From Vicugna vicugna (lineage: Eukaryota), in NCBI GenBank assembly GCA_013265495.1, contig MU058285.1, positions 62,001-126,000 of the forward strand: 64,000 bases of DNA, written 5' to 3'. The translations under genes were made by a program, and so were the position numbers. The number at the start of each line of letters is the position of its first letter. Position 1 is the stretch's first letter. The notes beneath the pieces were generated by a model, which saw only the letters and a list, made by a program, of their open reading frames with translations, was not told where the DNA came from and did no database searches. Shown here in pieces: positions 37,394 to 49,439 of this stretch.

Positions 37394-37647
37394 CAGTGTT
37401 TTCCAGAGCATGTTCCGTATGAGATAGTAGGTGTTTAAAAAATTTAAAGGGAATCTACAGTGGAATAAATTTGGGAAACACTGGATTAAATAAAGTTGAA
37501 CAGATAATGGCAGGACTGCCTAGAGACTATAATGTGATAAGGTGTAAGAGGGGGTTAATAGTAAGTAGGGATATACAGACTTACCTCACCACGGACCTCT
37601 TCTTGGAGAGAAATACATCCTGTGAAAAATGCTCCTGAGAAACTGTC
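37394..37647. mobile_element. hAT-Charlie MITE (MER112/Charlie4-like)
   Basis: CAGTGTTTTCCAGAGCATGTTCC...AATAAATTTGGGAAACACTGGATTAAATAAAGTT..GCAGGACTGCCTAGAG..ACTTACCTCACCACGGACC. Internal inverted repeat CCAGTGTTT / AAACACTGG. Confidence 0.65.
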
Positions 37648-38215
37648 CAAAATCTTTTTAATCTACAGAATTGTAAATGGCCAGGAAATCTTGTTACTTA
37701 AAAATACATTATTTTCCCTTCCGTTAGCATACATCTGTGAAATATTCATGGTGGACAGAATAATGGGTTTCTTGGCATCAGTGAAAATTAAGATGTATTT
37801 CTCCCTTTTGATAAAATTAATTTTTCAGGTAAACTTAAAAATCTTCAGGATTTTCAAAATAGCCAGTCATATACTTGTTTGAAACTTCTCTTTCTTTATG
37901 ATCTCCTATTATCATGTGTTGAAGCTTGTCCCAGCTGTTTGATTTATGATTTTGACACTTAAATAATTTCTGTCTCGTAAATGTTGATTTAAAACCAGTT
38001 CCGACTCTCCTTTTAAAATTTGCTTTGACCGTAGTCTTGACATGTTTTGGTATGTGTGACTTTGCACATATGGACACCAACATATTTCATTTTATAGTAT
38101 TCAGATTTTCAGTTCAAGTATAAGCTAAATGGAAACATTTATGCTACCTCCTTCATTAATAATCCTTCCAGGAAGTTGTTTTGATTTAAAGAAAATATTT
38201 TTTTACTCTTCCTTA

Positions 38216-38425
38216 AGGGGTCTTTCAGACTTTGATGTGTGCAGTGTCAGACATCCCAGGTCAGTCTAGGACTAGTACAGGATCATTGGTTTGTAAAGTA
38301 TCCAAGGGGTTTGTTAAAAATGTAAATTTCTGGGGCCCTCCTTTTAGACATTTTGAGTTATTTCATCTTAGGTGTTATATACTCCCAGCCTGGTTCTGAT
38401 GCATTGCCAGGCTTGAAAAACACTG
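38216..38425. mobile_element. MER5-like hAT-Charlie MITE
   Basis: GGGGTTTGTTAAAAATGTAAATTTCTGGGGCCCTCC ... GGTTCTGATGCATTGCCAGGCTTGAAAAACACTG. Confidence 0.6.
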
Positions 38426-38594
38426 TACTGTATGTTACATGATAAATATTTTTAAATGATGCTGAACTAGTGATCCAATGGAATGTAAGATGGAGTAAAG
38501 ATTAGATGTGGAATTTTAAATTGTTACTAACTCATTTGCATTATCTCATCAGAAATTTTAATATATAGAATTAATTGCTGGTACATCTCCATCT

Positions 38595-38719
38595 TTTATT
38601 TTTTGCAGGGGGTTGGGTAATTAGGTTTAGTTATCTATTTTTTTCTTAGAGGTGCTGGGGATTGAACCCAGGACCTTGTGCATGCTAGACATGTGCTCTA
38701 CCACTGAGCTATACCCTTC
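38595..38719 (-). mobile_element. Vic-1-type SINE with 17-bp TSD
   Basis: GGTGCTGGGGATTGAACCCAGGACCTTGTGCATGCTAG...CTACCACTGAGCTATACCCT. TSD CTGGTACATCTCCATCT (38578-94) / CTGGTATATCTCCATCT (38720-36). Confidence 0.95.
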
Positions 38720-38999
38720 CTGGTATATCTCCATCTCTTAATCAGAATACTTCATGTAGAAGTTTATAGCAACCACATAAGTATGGAAGGCTAGAAATTC
38801 TGTCTGATTGTAAATGTCAAATCACCATGGCAATTGTTTCATCCTAACTAGGTTTTTGATATAAAAAGTACAAATAATTCTCTCTAAGCTAATTCTTCCC
38901 TAACCATTAAAGGAAAGCAGAAGCTAAACCTCTTCCAAAAGAAACTTCTTTTTATTCATGGACTGGGTTAGGACATCCTCTTTTTCATGGTTCCATAAA

Positions 39000-39145
39000 C
39001 ATTCTGTATCTCAGTATCTTCTTCTATAAATTGAGGCTAATAATAGGCCTAACTCACAGGGCTGTTACCTAAATGAGTCAATATGTCACATTAGAACAGT
39101 GACTGGCTATAGTAAGAATTCATAAAAATTACTCTCATTATTTTA
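39000..39145 (+). mobile_element. MIR SINE 3' half
   Basis: TTCTGTATCTCAGTATCTTCTTCTATAAATTGAGGCTAATAATAG..CTCACAGGGCTGTT..TAAATGAG..TTAGAACAGTGACTGGC.ATAGTAAG. Confidence 0.8.
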
Positions 39146-39833
39146 TTATCATTCTACTGATCTCCTTGTCTCTAGTTGGAACTAAGACAAATAAGTTCTC
39201 ATTCTGTTAGAGACAGTTCTCTCTGGGAACCAGAACCTTGACTACATCCTGTCAAAGTTCATACTCTTCTTCTGGCATCTAGCAAGAACATAATGTAATT
39301 ATTTAAGCTGGAAATCTTTAAGAATTCTAGTTAATTGAAACCAAGATTTTTTTGAGGAAAAAAATCTGTACAGTGTACTGTGAAATGACACCAAAATTGA
39401 TCTCTAAACGTTTCTAAATTTTTCACACAAGAAATTCATGTAAATCTCTTAATTTGTTAAGACCATCATCTCTTCTTGAGTGCTGTTTGAATTTCACTTC
39501 TATTATTATTCATACCCTAGTGATCTTCTCTATGTGGACAATTCCTTATGGCTTCAAACTCCATGTGCTCATGGCAGATTTTGTTTGCTCTATCTCAACT
39601 TTATTTTCCACACTGTTGATGATGTAAAATATACTTACATGCTCTTTCTTAGTGTGCAGTGAAAGTCCACTTTTATTCTATGTAACTACTTATGAATATG
39701 CTCCAAGTTCACTGTCAATAGAGCTTTTATAAATCATGAATTTACTTGTCACACCAGGAATTACTTAACTGTGTACTTGGGGTGTTCTGACGGTATCAAC
39801 AGAAGCCATGCCAACATATTGTGATCTTACAAT

Positions 39834-39836
<3 letters not shown>

Positions 39837-39866
<30 letters not shown>
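39837..39866. repeat. (TG)15 microsatellite
   Basis: Seen directly. Confidence 0.98.
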
Positions 39867-39868
<2 letters not shown>

Positions 39869-42134
39869 GACCTCTGTGTGAGCATTTGTGAGCAGGGTAA
39901 GGTGTTAGTTTGATCCTTACTTCAGTGAAACTCCAATTAGCAGGAACACAGATACTGCAAAACTTCCTCATGTTTAACACCACCAAAATGCCTTGGATAC
40001 ATGTAGGTTACATTTGCACACATTGCTGATTTTTTTTAAATCACATTTATAAGTAGGAAATATTTTAGGTTCTCAGATCTGTATATACCTAAGTTATATT
40101 TTATTTTGCATAACTCATAATCATATTTATTCATACAAAATGTTTACTTCACTGTTGACTGACACACGGGGGCACTGCTCTTACCAAGCTCTTAGTTCAG
40201 TCATGAGGTTTCCACTTTGGTCTGATGACACAAGTCTGATTTGATTCTTGACTATGCTTGGATTTAATATGAGTATGGTTCTAGGATAATTTGAAAATGC
40301 TTAATAGCTATACAAGGATAAGTTCTACTCTGTTTCACAAATTTATCTCTTAAATTTTCATTCAAAAATTGAAATTTGCCTTCAAGAAGGTGCAGACAGT
40401 TGAATACAGGATCTTATTCATTGAAATTTACCTCATTAAGGGACAGTCTTAAGAAACATTTTGAAACTTATGAATTCTTTTCTCCTTTAAAATGTGCTCA
40501 TGAATTAATTAAATATTAACTTTAAGTAATAACCACTCAAAATCCAAACTATGTATTCAGAGAAAAAAATTCACTCTTTTATTCTTCTTTCAAAAAATGA
40601 CTTTGCTCTGTGAAAGTTAATGGGTTAACTTTACTCATTTGGAATGCTGAGGTTGAATACATTTTTAGTCTTTTTACTGAATAAGGTAAACCATTCATAG
40701 TGGGTCATTTAAACTAAACTTCGAGACTGAGCCCAGATTAATTTCATAATGCGCAAGCTACTCTCAAACCACAAGAAAAGCTTGTAATCATTAATAGTAT
40801 GTTACAAAATCCCAGATGAAATGTGATCAGGATATGTGTATCACTCCATAAGAAAAAATATGTATACAGAATTCTGAAATTGCAGTGTTTCATCAGAGAT
40901 ATCAATCACCAAAGACTATATAAATTATTTCTGTAAGAGGACCATGACTTAATTGCTCTTAGGGACAACTAGGTATGGCTGTAACTTTATATATATATAT
41001 TCACTTATTTGGGGGAGATGAAGATAAAATTTGAACACAATTTTAAGAATAAGCCCTGAGTTAACTTTTCCTCAGTAGAAAGATCCATCATCAGTGATTT
41101 CTGTCTTTTGACACTTTCTGGGACACACCACATTTTGACCATTATTACTCCAAAATTCATTTTAAACAGGTGTGTCTAAGGTACGTATTTCAAGAATTAT
41201 ATCTTCTGACCAGGTCAGCTTACATTGATGGTGAAGAGCTGCTGCCAGTTGCCATGACAAGTTTTATGAACTAGCCTGGATGATCTTTATTGGCCATCAG
41301 GATTTTCAAATAATACTTTTAATATTTTAAAAGATCTGAGGCTTATTGTCAAATGAGGAGGGGAATGCTAGTTATAAAAATAGGAGAATTTAGGGAAGAA
41401 AGCTTAGGAAATAGTATCTAGAAACAAATACTAGAAGTAATTATTTTCAATAGAATCATTAGTTAAGAGATTGCATTCACAGGCAGACACACACACACAC
41501 ACCTCAACACTGAAGATCTGCAATTACAGTTAATTATGCAGAATGGATACAGTTAAATATACAGAATGGTCTTGGTGAAGTCAGAGGTAGATTTCCTTTA
41601 AAAAGAGGTAGAGCTAATCTGCCCCATTCCCCTTCAAGATCTATTCTCAAGGTTTTTTATGTAAGCCCACACCTCTCTGCTCATCCATGACTTCTTGACC
41701 AATGGATTTATGGATATTATGATATCTAGTTAGGCTAGAACATATTGATATTGGAATGAGAGTTCTTTAATCAATAAGATGTTCCCAAAGGACCATTTTT
41801 GATTTGATAAAGTGAATATATTCCTTTCTGTTTCAAACAAAACTCCAAGATTCTCCAGTCAATTTTGTGCCTAAGATTCTGAAGATGAGATTGTCCTATT
41901 AAATTTGTGAGGTCACTTTTTCTCATGAAATACAATATTTGTAAGATATATGGTGCTCTCCAGATCCACTTTGGTATCAGTGAGATGTTCTTTATGCATA
42001 TATTGATTCTTAACCTAGTTATCTTCAGACAACCATTCAAATATGTAAATAAGACTTTAATCTCTTTTTTTGAAACTATCTTCTTCAAGTGATGGAGCAA
42101 AATGTTCCCAAAGGTTAAAAAGATACCATGAAAA

Positions 42135-42232
42135 TAGAGAGGTGGTCACCCAAGTATGATCAAAAGTTTGAAAAATAAACTTTATGAGAAAGTACAAATA
42201 ATGGGCATATTTAGCAGCACTGAGAAGGTTCA
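42135..42232 (+). mobile_element. Possible CR1/L3 ORF2 remnant
   Basis: GAGAGGTGGTCACCCAAGTATGATCAAAAGTTTGAAAAA..TATGAGAAA..GGGCATATTTAGC resembles the CR1 'RATKMI.GLE...YEE.L..LG.FSL' region. Confidence 0.4.
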
Positions 42233-43591
42233 TATAAATTAATCAGTTGTCTTGGCATTGGAAATTTTTGTACTAAGTGTTGTTTATCAGATTCTGTTCT
42301 AGAGTTGTCCATATCCTATGGCTGTATCCATTTTCAAGGTAGCAGCATGATCTAAAAATCTTTATGCCAGTTTCTGAGACTGCTCAGTGGCTCATTTGAA
42401 AGAACCATTGGCGGAAACTTACTTCAAATAAATTACTCTTATCAATATAGTTTAAAGAAGTCCATTCCTTAAATATCATTTTTATCATTAAGACATAAAA
42501 ATACCTCGCCTGCAAGGTCGTATAAGTACACATTCCGTTACAACTTATCATTCTGCCATTTTTAATAATCGTTTTCACAAAAAAGTATCTTTGGCAGAAT
42601 CCTTTAAAGAACAGCCTGTATCCCAAGAAGTTATAACTAAATTCCTTTATTTGTTATAAACAAGAGAACTAGTTGGATGTTTGAAACATTATGAACATCA
42701 GACTAGTTTGAATTTTGGCAGAGAGGTACATTCTGGGTAGACAGAATGTTTACTGCATGTCTATGAACACAGGGTTGCTATAAACCTTCCCACGAAAGCC
42801 ATATCCTGCCCAAAAGGTTTACAATTCCTTCTCTTTTGAAATTCTGGTGTAGTCAGCAACTAATCAGGTTTAAATAATACTTTTTAATAAAATACCTCCT
42901 CAGTGGTTGAGAATTCAGACACTCAGGTATGTTCTTGAATATAAATCTGATTTTAATTAAAGGGTTAGTCTTAACATATTTTGGTTACACATCAGTTTTG
43001 TAAATAAGAATATTTTTTGAAAATGTTAGGGACAGATTTTATAATGGTTTGTTAAATTCCTGAGGTAAATCCGCCACAGCTCACCTCCATACAGAGAAGA
43101 GATGCCTTTCATTCAATGAAAATAACTGATCAGTCTCCTTAATGTTCAAAATCATAGGCTAAATTCTGTCTTTTAATACTAATATAAGAACATCCCCAGC
43201 CCCAGACCCTATCAGGATAGATAACTTGGAACCCCTGCTATCTAGATACAACCTCAGCTAAGAAATGTTTTCCAGGTCTAATAATCTAAGGAAATCGTTA
43301 GTTGTGGGTGCCTGTGATTATTCGTGAGCTGCTGCACAAATAGAAAATTATAAGCCTTAAATACTTTGAATTGGTCTTGGTTAAAATGAAAAGAAGCACA
43401 AATCGCAATGGTATCATGATGTCTTAAAAACTTAAGAGTAAAACTGCTGTTCTAAAGTACTTTACTAGTCACTACTGTTTATGTAAAGGGGTGGGAGGAA
43501 ATTGGGGACTATTTTCACACTGGTGTCCATAAGAACATTAACCGGCTGGGGCAAAAGTATTATGTTTTAAATGCACTTTTTGTTTTATAAT

Positions 43592-44152
43592 ATATTTTTT
43601 AAAATTTATTGAAAAGTTGGTAAGACAGTACCGAGAGTTCCCATATAAGCATTCCCACACTCAGTTTTCCTTATTATGAACGCGTTGCATCACTAGGGTA
43701 ACTTTGCCACAACTAAGAAGCCAATATTGATGTAGTACTTTTAACTAAACTTCTCGTTTTATTCACATTTGATCTTAGCCAAAAGTCTGAGAAGCAATTC
43801 ACATTTTATTCAGGTTTCATGAGTTTTTTCCAATGTCTTTTCTGTTCCAGGATCCAATCCAGGACATTGTATGTAGTCATCATGTCTCCTCAGCCTTCTC
43901 TGCTTCATGACAGATTCTCGGTCTTTGCTCACTTTTGGTAACTCGGACTGTTTTGACGAGGGCTGTTCAGGTCTTGCCTGATGCTTTTCGCGTGGTTGAG
44001 CCGGGCTCGCCATTTTGGGGAGGGCAACTGCAGAGATGAGCTCCCATTCACATGACGTCACATTGGTGCCTTGGTGTGCATTGTGGGTACATGACTTATT
44101 ATGGGGCTGAGGTTGATCTTCATCACCTGTGCAGATTCTTTACTGCAAAGTA
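43592..44152 (-). mobile_element. L1MC-like 3' end
   Basis: GAAAAGTTGGTAAGACAGTACCGAGAGTTCCCATATA, TTTTCTGTTCCAGGATCCAATCCAGGAC..TAGTCATCATGTCTCCTCAG and TGATCTTCATCACCTG. Confidence 0.85.
43765..43798 (-). pseudogene. 3'-truncated (tailless) U2 snRNA retropseudogene, U2 nt 1-34
   Basis: The reverse complement ATTGCTTCTCAGACTTTTGGCTAAGATCAAATGT matches the U2 5' end ATCGCTTCTCGGCCTTTTGGCTAAGATCAAGTGT at 30/34. TSD TCTCGTTTTATTCA (43752-65) / TCACATTTTATTCA (43799-812). Confidence 0.9.
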
Positions 44153-45124
44153 GAAAAATAACATCTTATCTTTGATGTTAATCTATACCTGTGCTGCGTA
44201 GCAGATCTTTGTCACTCTTTTTGGCTGCCTCATTCATTGGACCTCTTTCCTATAATAAGAAACTTCTCACCTCAGAAGTGCTTGCTTTGCTGGGGCACAA
44301 CATTGAAATGCAAAGCCTTCTTGCAGGAAAAGAGAGGAATTCTTGCTGTAGCAATCAGACGCATTACATCTCCAGTGAGGCGGGCGCCATGTGGAACCCA
44401 CTCTGGGGAGGAGATGGCAGAGACGTCTAGTTTTAGAGGCAGCACGACACGATTTGCTTATTTGTCAAAAAGCCTTTGGGTACCGGTCTTGGCTTTCTCT
44501 GGCAGACCAAGAAACTCATTCTAACAGATTCTTTCTAACCACAGCAAAGAGTTCCTCCACAGTGTATTACTACGTATCTTTTAACAATAGGAAAGTCCTG
44601 AAGTAGACAAACAATTTGTATGAGAAAAGTAAACCAGAGCAAACACAAGGCTGGCCTGATGATTATGCTGTTATTATGCTTTTGCGTTCCAGTATCTTGC
44701 TCGAATAGTGGAGGAAAATTGCATCTAATACACATGAGAGTGTGTCGTGCCTGTGAGCACTATCCCGTATAAACCAAGATGAAAAGTGCTTGAAAATTTC
44801 TGGCCTGTTATCCCCTCCTTTATTTGTTTAAAATCCAACGAGATGTTTATACTTTTTGACCATATCATATTAGATCATTATCAAGTCATCTTTACCAAAT
44901 AATGCTTCAATTTTTATTGTCCTCCAGTATTTATGAAGTTAGTATAGGAATTAGATATATAATTTCTATTACTGCATTTTCTTTGTCATATGGTCTTTTT
45001 AATGATATAAATACCTCCTTGGTACTTATACAGTGAACAATTAAGAATAGTCCAATTTGTTTTTCCGTGAATATTTGATATAATTTTTCTCTCTAATCAA
45101 GGGAAATTTTAACTTTTTTTTCCT

Positions 45125-45475
45125 ATTATTTTGATTCAATTATACAGGAAGTTGCAAATAGAATTTTTTTTTTTGCGATGGGGAGGTTATTAGGTTTATT
45201 TGTTAGTAGAAGTTGTACTGGGGATTGAACCCAGGACCTTGTGCATGCTAACCATGCACTCTATCACTTGAGCTATACTCTCCCCTCTAGGAAGTTGCAG
45301 ATAAAAGTATAGGGAAGTCGCTGGACTTTCCCCCTAGCCTTCCCCTAAGTTAACATCTTGTATAACCATATTATGATGAGGATACCAAGAAATAAACACT
45401 GGTACAGTCCACAGAGGTTGTTCAGATCTCTCTGGTTCTGCATGCCATCATTTGTGTTTACAAGTATGTGTGTGT
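45125..45475 (-). mobile_element. L1MC/MD-like extreme 3' end, interrupted by a Vic-1 SINE
   Basis: CAGGAAGTTGCAAATA | ...TTCCCCTAAGTTAACATCTTGTATAACCATA...CACTGGTACAGTCCACAGA..TTCAGAT. Confidence 0.7.
45164..45285 (-). mobile_element. Vic-1-type SINE with TSD
   Basis: T-run, then GTACTGGGGATTGAACCCAGGACCTTGTGCATGCTAA...GAGCTATACTCTCCCC. TSD AGGAAGTTGCAAATA (45146-60) / AGGAAGTTGCAGATA (45289-303). Confidence 0.94.
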
Positions 45476-45521
45476 ATATTGAAGTAAAATTATTAACTTT
45501 TTAATGTTTTTCTTTGCTGTG

Positions 45522-45880
45522 CTGAGTTATGTGGAGTAATGCTCGCTATTGTGATAAATTCCAAAATCTCAGTTGCTTAACACAATGAGAATTCTCACCC
45601 ACACAGAAGCTAATGTGAGTGTTTCTGGTTGTAGAACACCTTACCCGTGGTCATCTGACATCTCAGGCTCCTTCCATCTTGCTGGTCCATCCTCCCTGAA
45701 GCTCTAGATTAGGATCCATTCAACTGGCAGATGGGAAAAAGCCAGGCATAGAAGTGCTACATATCTCTGTAACCCACATTTCACTGCTCAGTACTCAGTC
45801 ACATGACTACTCTAGGCACAACGATGGGTGGGAAATAGACTCTAGCTATGTGCCCAGGAGGAAAAGGAAAGAGGTGCTAG
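45522..45880 (-). mobile_element. Old MaLR LTR (MLT1J/K/L-like)
   Basis: CCAAAATCTCAGTTGCTTAACACAA, CAGGCTCCTTCCATCTTG, ACTCAGTCACATG and CTAGCTATGTGCCCAGGAGGAAAAGGAAA. Confidence 0.75.
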
Positions 45881-46253
45881 TTTCCAATCCATTTGGTTCC
45901 ATGAGGTTAAGAGCCAGGTTTTATGTCTTATCATGTTTTATTGAAAGTACTGGTTACCATTTTTAGTGTCATTTCTCTTAATCTATTTTCAAACTTTCTT
46001 CCTCAATTTAGTTATCTTAAATTCTGTGTAGCTATTTTGTTGTCTTTTTTTGGCAAAGGAATGGGAAATGAACAACTTCAGTAAGCTCTAAAGGAGTTCA
46101 ATAATTTTTGCAGCATTTCACTTACAGAAGTTGATTTGTTTTAATTTTTCAAAATCTTTCTTCCTTATTCTCCAATGTGATAAAAAATTAATACTCAAAA
46201 TTTATATTGTGACTACATGATAAAAGATGTTTAGATTAAAAATGAAAAGTTTG

Positions 46254-46362
46254 GGGGAGGGAAACATCTCAGTGATTGAGTGCATGCTTAGCATGTACGA
46301 GGTCCTAGGTTTGATCCCAAATGCCTCCATTGAAAAAAAAAACTAAAAAAATCCCCTAAAAA
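46254..46362 (+). mobile_element. Vic-1-type SINE with 17-bp TSD
   Basis: GGGGAGGGAAACATCTCAGTGATTGAGTGCATGCTTAGCATGTACGAGGTCCTAGGTTTGATCCC. TSD TAAAAATGAAAAGTTTG (46237-53) / TAAAAATAAAAAGTTTG (46363-79). Confidence 0.93.
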
Positions 46363-48239
46363 TAAAAATAAAAAGTTTGAGCAATGATCCATATATTAGC
46401 CTATATAAAAGCCAAATATACCCACATTTAGAAATAAAGAAAATAGTTTTACTTCCTTTCATAGAGGAAGACTTTATTAAAGTAGTTTATATCTGGAATG
46501 TGGATCCTAAGAAGAAAAAAGCATTTTTGAATTAATTTTTGTATGAGAAATATTTTTATTTACATAGATTACCTGAAAGTTGCTTTCTAGCTTTGCTGTT
46601 GAGAAATACTGAAGATAGAAGCATTATTCTCTTTCATCATTAGTAATAGCGGTTCAATAACCTAATTCCACTGAACTCTGCAATTGTATGAGTTTTATCT
46701 TTTATCTTTAGGTACATAAACTCTGACGGAGATAATGTAATTGACCCTCCTTGCAAATCTGTGAAAGGGGTTTTACAAGTCCTAATGATTGCAGCCTGCT
46801 GCAGTGAAGGACTGAGTTTAATCATAAGAAAGAGTTCACTTTCCCAACTGCAATTCTTCCAGGAAAATCTTAGAGGAGATAAGAACTTAATTTAAAAATC
46901 ATTGTACCGTGGAAAGTCCTTAAATAAACATGAAAGTCAGTTCTGCTCTTTAGCAATTTTTGATTCTAAAAATTGGGAATCATTATTTCCATTGTAAGAT
47001 CCTGTGGTCTCTGCTGTTTGAGCTATTATTAAGAAATTAAGGCACAATTTTAAGTAGTTAGAAATCAGTGACTAGATGGAAAACATGGTACATTTTTAAA
47101 AAGCATTTCCAACTGAAATTTTATATCAGTTGCGGATTTGTCAAACACACTGAAGGAATACGAAAAAGAATCCTTAAGTTTAATTCTGCAAGTTTTTCCA
47201 TGACAGTGTATCTGTGTAATTAAGGGGACGACTCGATGATCTCTCTTCAGTGTGAGTTAACATCTTGACTATGTATGATGTAAAACTTGAATCCCTGAAG
47301 TACATCGGGCTTTCCTGTTCTTCCCCAGCCACTTACATTCCTTTTCTTCCCCTCTTTCATCCTTTCCTGGCATGACAACTATAGATGGGAATATGGAAAT
47401 CATCTATGGAGTTCTGAGACAAGCTTTTCAAACTGCTTTCCAGAGCAAAACTTTCCCATGAAACTTTTCTACACTCTAGTACTTTTTCAAGCTTTATTAC
47501 CGTTTGTTAATATTCCTCAATCTATTTTCCATTTTCATGCCAGAAGCTTGTTCTCAAGGATGCTTTAAGGAAAACTTTAGCAGTTTTTTTCCCAGATACA
47601 TGATATGAATTTGCCACGAGTTCATTTCTAACTAGTAGCTGACAATGGGTATTATTCAATGAAACTGCCATCTGGTCATTTGTCTCCCTTGAACTATAGG
47701 GTATATGAATCTTGAAGTATGGAGAAATTGCGTCTTGTTATTCGAGTGAAAGACTATAGTTGCAGAATGAAAAGATGACCCTTTATCTTCCATGTGGACA
47801 TTTTTGATTTTGTGAACTGATGGAGATGAATTTCACTTCGTGTTTCAGTTTCTCCCTGCACAGTCCTGGGCCAAACTTCTGCTTTCCATATTGGCTGATA
47901 TATATTCAGTAGTCTATCAAATGCTAAAAATGTTTGAAATATTTTCAAATCTAAGACCATTGCAACCCTTTTTGGGGCAGGTAGCAGTTCACTACTTATG
48001 GTTTCCTTATTTAGTGCATTCACCAGTTTGTCACAACCAAAGAGTAAAAAATTAAGTCATATCTTTCCTCAAACCTACAAGTCTTACTTGCTACACTCCC
48101 TCTAACAAAAAAAGAAGGGGGAGTATAAAAAGAAATTCTCAGGTCTCTATAAGAGGATACAGGAAATGTATATTCAGGTCCCAATTATCTGCATTAATTA
48201 TGTATAAGGAAGGGGGATCACATAAAGAAAAAGGGGTTA

Positions 48240-48500
48240 ACTCAATCTGAGGATTCAGGGTAGACTTCTGAGAGGCACCTATCTGTACATTTGGTTTCAA
48301 TGGGAAAATCGAAGACTAGTTGGAAAAAGAGAAAGGACGTTCCGAGAAAAGGGGACATTTGTACCAAGGTGTTGGTGGCACGAAGCAGCAGGGTATGTTT
48401 AGAGCTGTAATTGTGTGTTGTTAGGCAGGGTCTGGGGATGGAGGTGAAGAAGTGGGGAGGGGCTGGGTGCATCCTTGTTTTGTCAAGGCCGTACTGGTTC
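48240..48500 (-). mobile_element. LINE-2 fragment
   Basis: Purine-rich TCAGGGTAGACTTCTGAGAGG..., AAGGACGTTCCGAGAAAAGGGGACATTTGTACCAAGG..GGTGGCACGAAGCAGCAGGGTATGTTTAG. Confidence 0.6.
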
Positions 48501-49084
48501 GTGACTGTGACCCTGTGGTTACTATTAATCATCATGAGCCTTCTTTTACTTTCAAAAGTGTCCTGGCTGGAATGATAAATTCTATATTACTTTAGGGTGG
48601 GAGACTTTCATAATCTGTATAGTGCTCTTCTTTCTACCCACTGGCACACCAATGTTACCTCATCTTTTCCACAAATGCAAAGTTTTCTTAGAAACATTTT
48701 AAAGGACTTGATTAAATGGAGTTGGACATCAGAGACCTGGACAGGAGGACAGATCATGATAAACATGTTCCTTCTGCTCAACTTAAATCAAAGTTTATTT
48801 TATTATTATTATTGCTATTTAATACAGTACAGAAAACATAGAAATATGTGGTTATAGACAAAAAATGCTGGAAAAGGGAAACAAGGGTCAGGGACACGTC
48901 ATCTCAGATACTAGAGGATAAGGAAGCTAGAATAATTGCAATTATGAGTATTTGTGAATATAGATAAATGGCAGAATGGAACAGAATAGAAAGCCAGAAA
49001 ACAGACCTTAGTACGTGTATCAGTATTTGTTTAAAAATAAATATAAAATCACAAACACAGGTAAAATTGTTTTGTCTTAAAAAG

Positions 49085-49230
49085 GTCTATTTCACACATA
49101 CCTCAAAATAAACTATATTTGTATTAAAATATAAAGTTAAACCTAGGTGAATATTTGTCTTTACTTCATACATACATCAAAATAAACTATATTTATATTA
49201 AAATATAAAGTTAAACATAGGTGAATATTT
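49085..49230 (+). repeat. Tandem duplication, ~74-bp unit x2
   Basis: CATAC.TCAAAATAAACTATATTT.TATTAAAATATAAAGTTAAAC.TAGGTGAATATTT occurs twice, with units ending at 49156 and 49230. Confidence 0.92.
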
Positions 49231-49351
49231 CTTTTCTTAAGCAAAAAGAATTTTCTGAGCAAATGGTAACACTTTAAAAGGAAAGAAACAGCTATGTTTG
49301 ACTGTAGAGACAAAGTTTTAAATTCTGAATGTATTCAAAAACAAGCAATAA

Positions 49352-49389
49352 AGAAATAATTATGTTTCAGAGAAATAATTATGTTTCAG
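49352..49389 (+). repeat. Perfect 19-bp tandem duplication
   Basis: AGAAATAATTATGTTTCAG x2. Confidence 0.95.
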
Positions 49390-49439
49390 AGAAAAAATTT
49401 TAAATGCTTTATATACAAAATGATAAAGAAAAATCAGCT

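Noticed and set aside
41779..42114. 13-bp direct repeat ATGTTCCCAAAGG 323 bp apart as a TSD
   Set aside because: There is no tail or terminal structure between the copies, and one such match is plausible by chance in a window this size.
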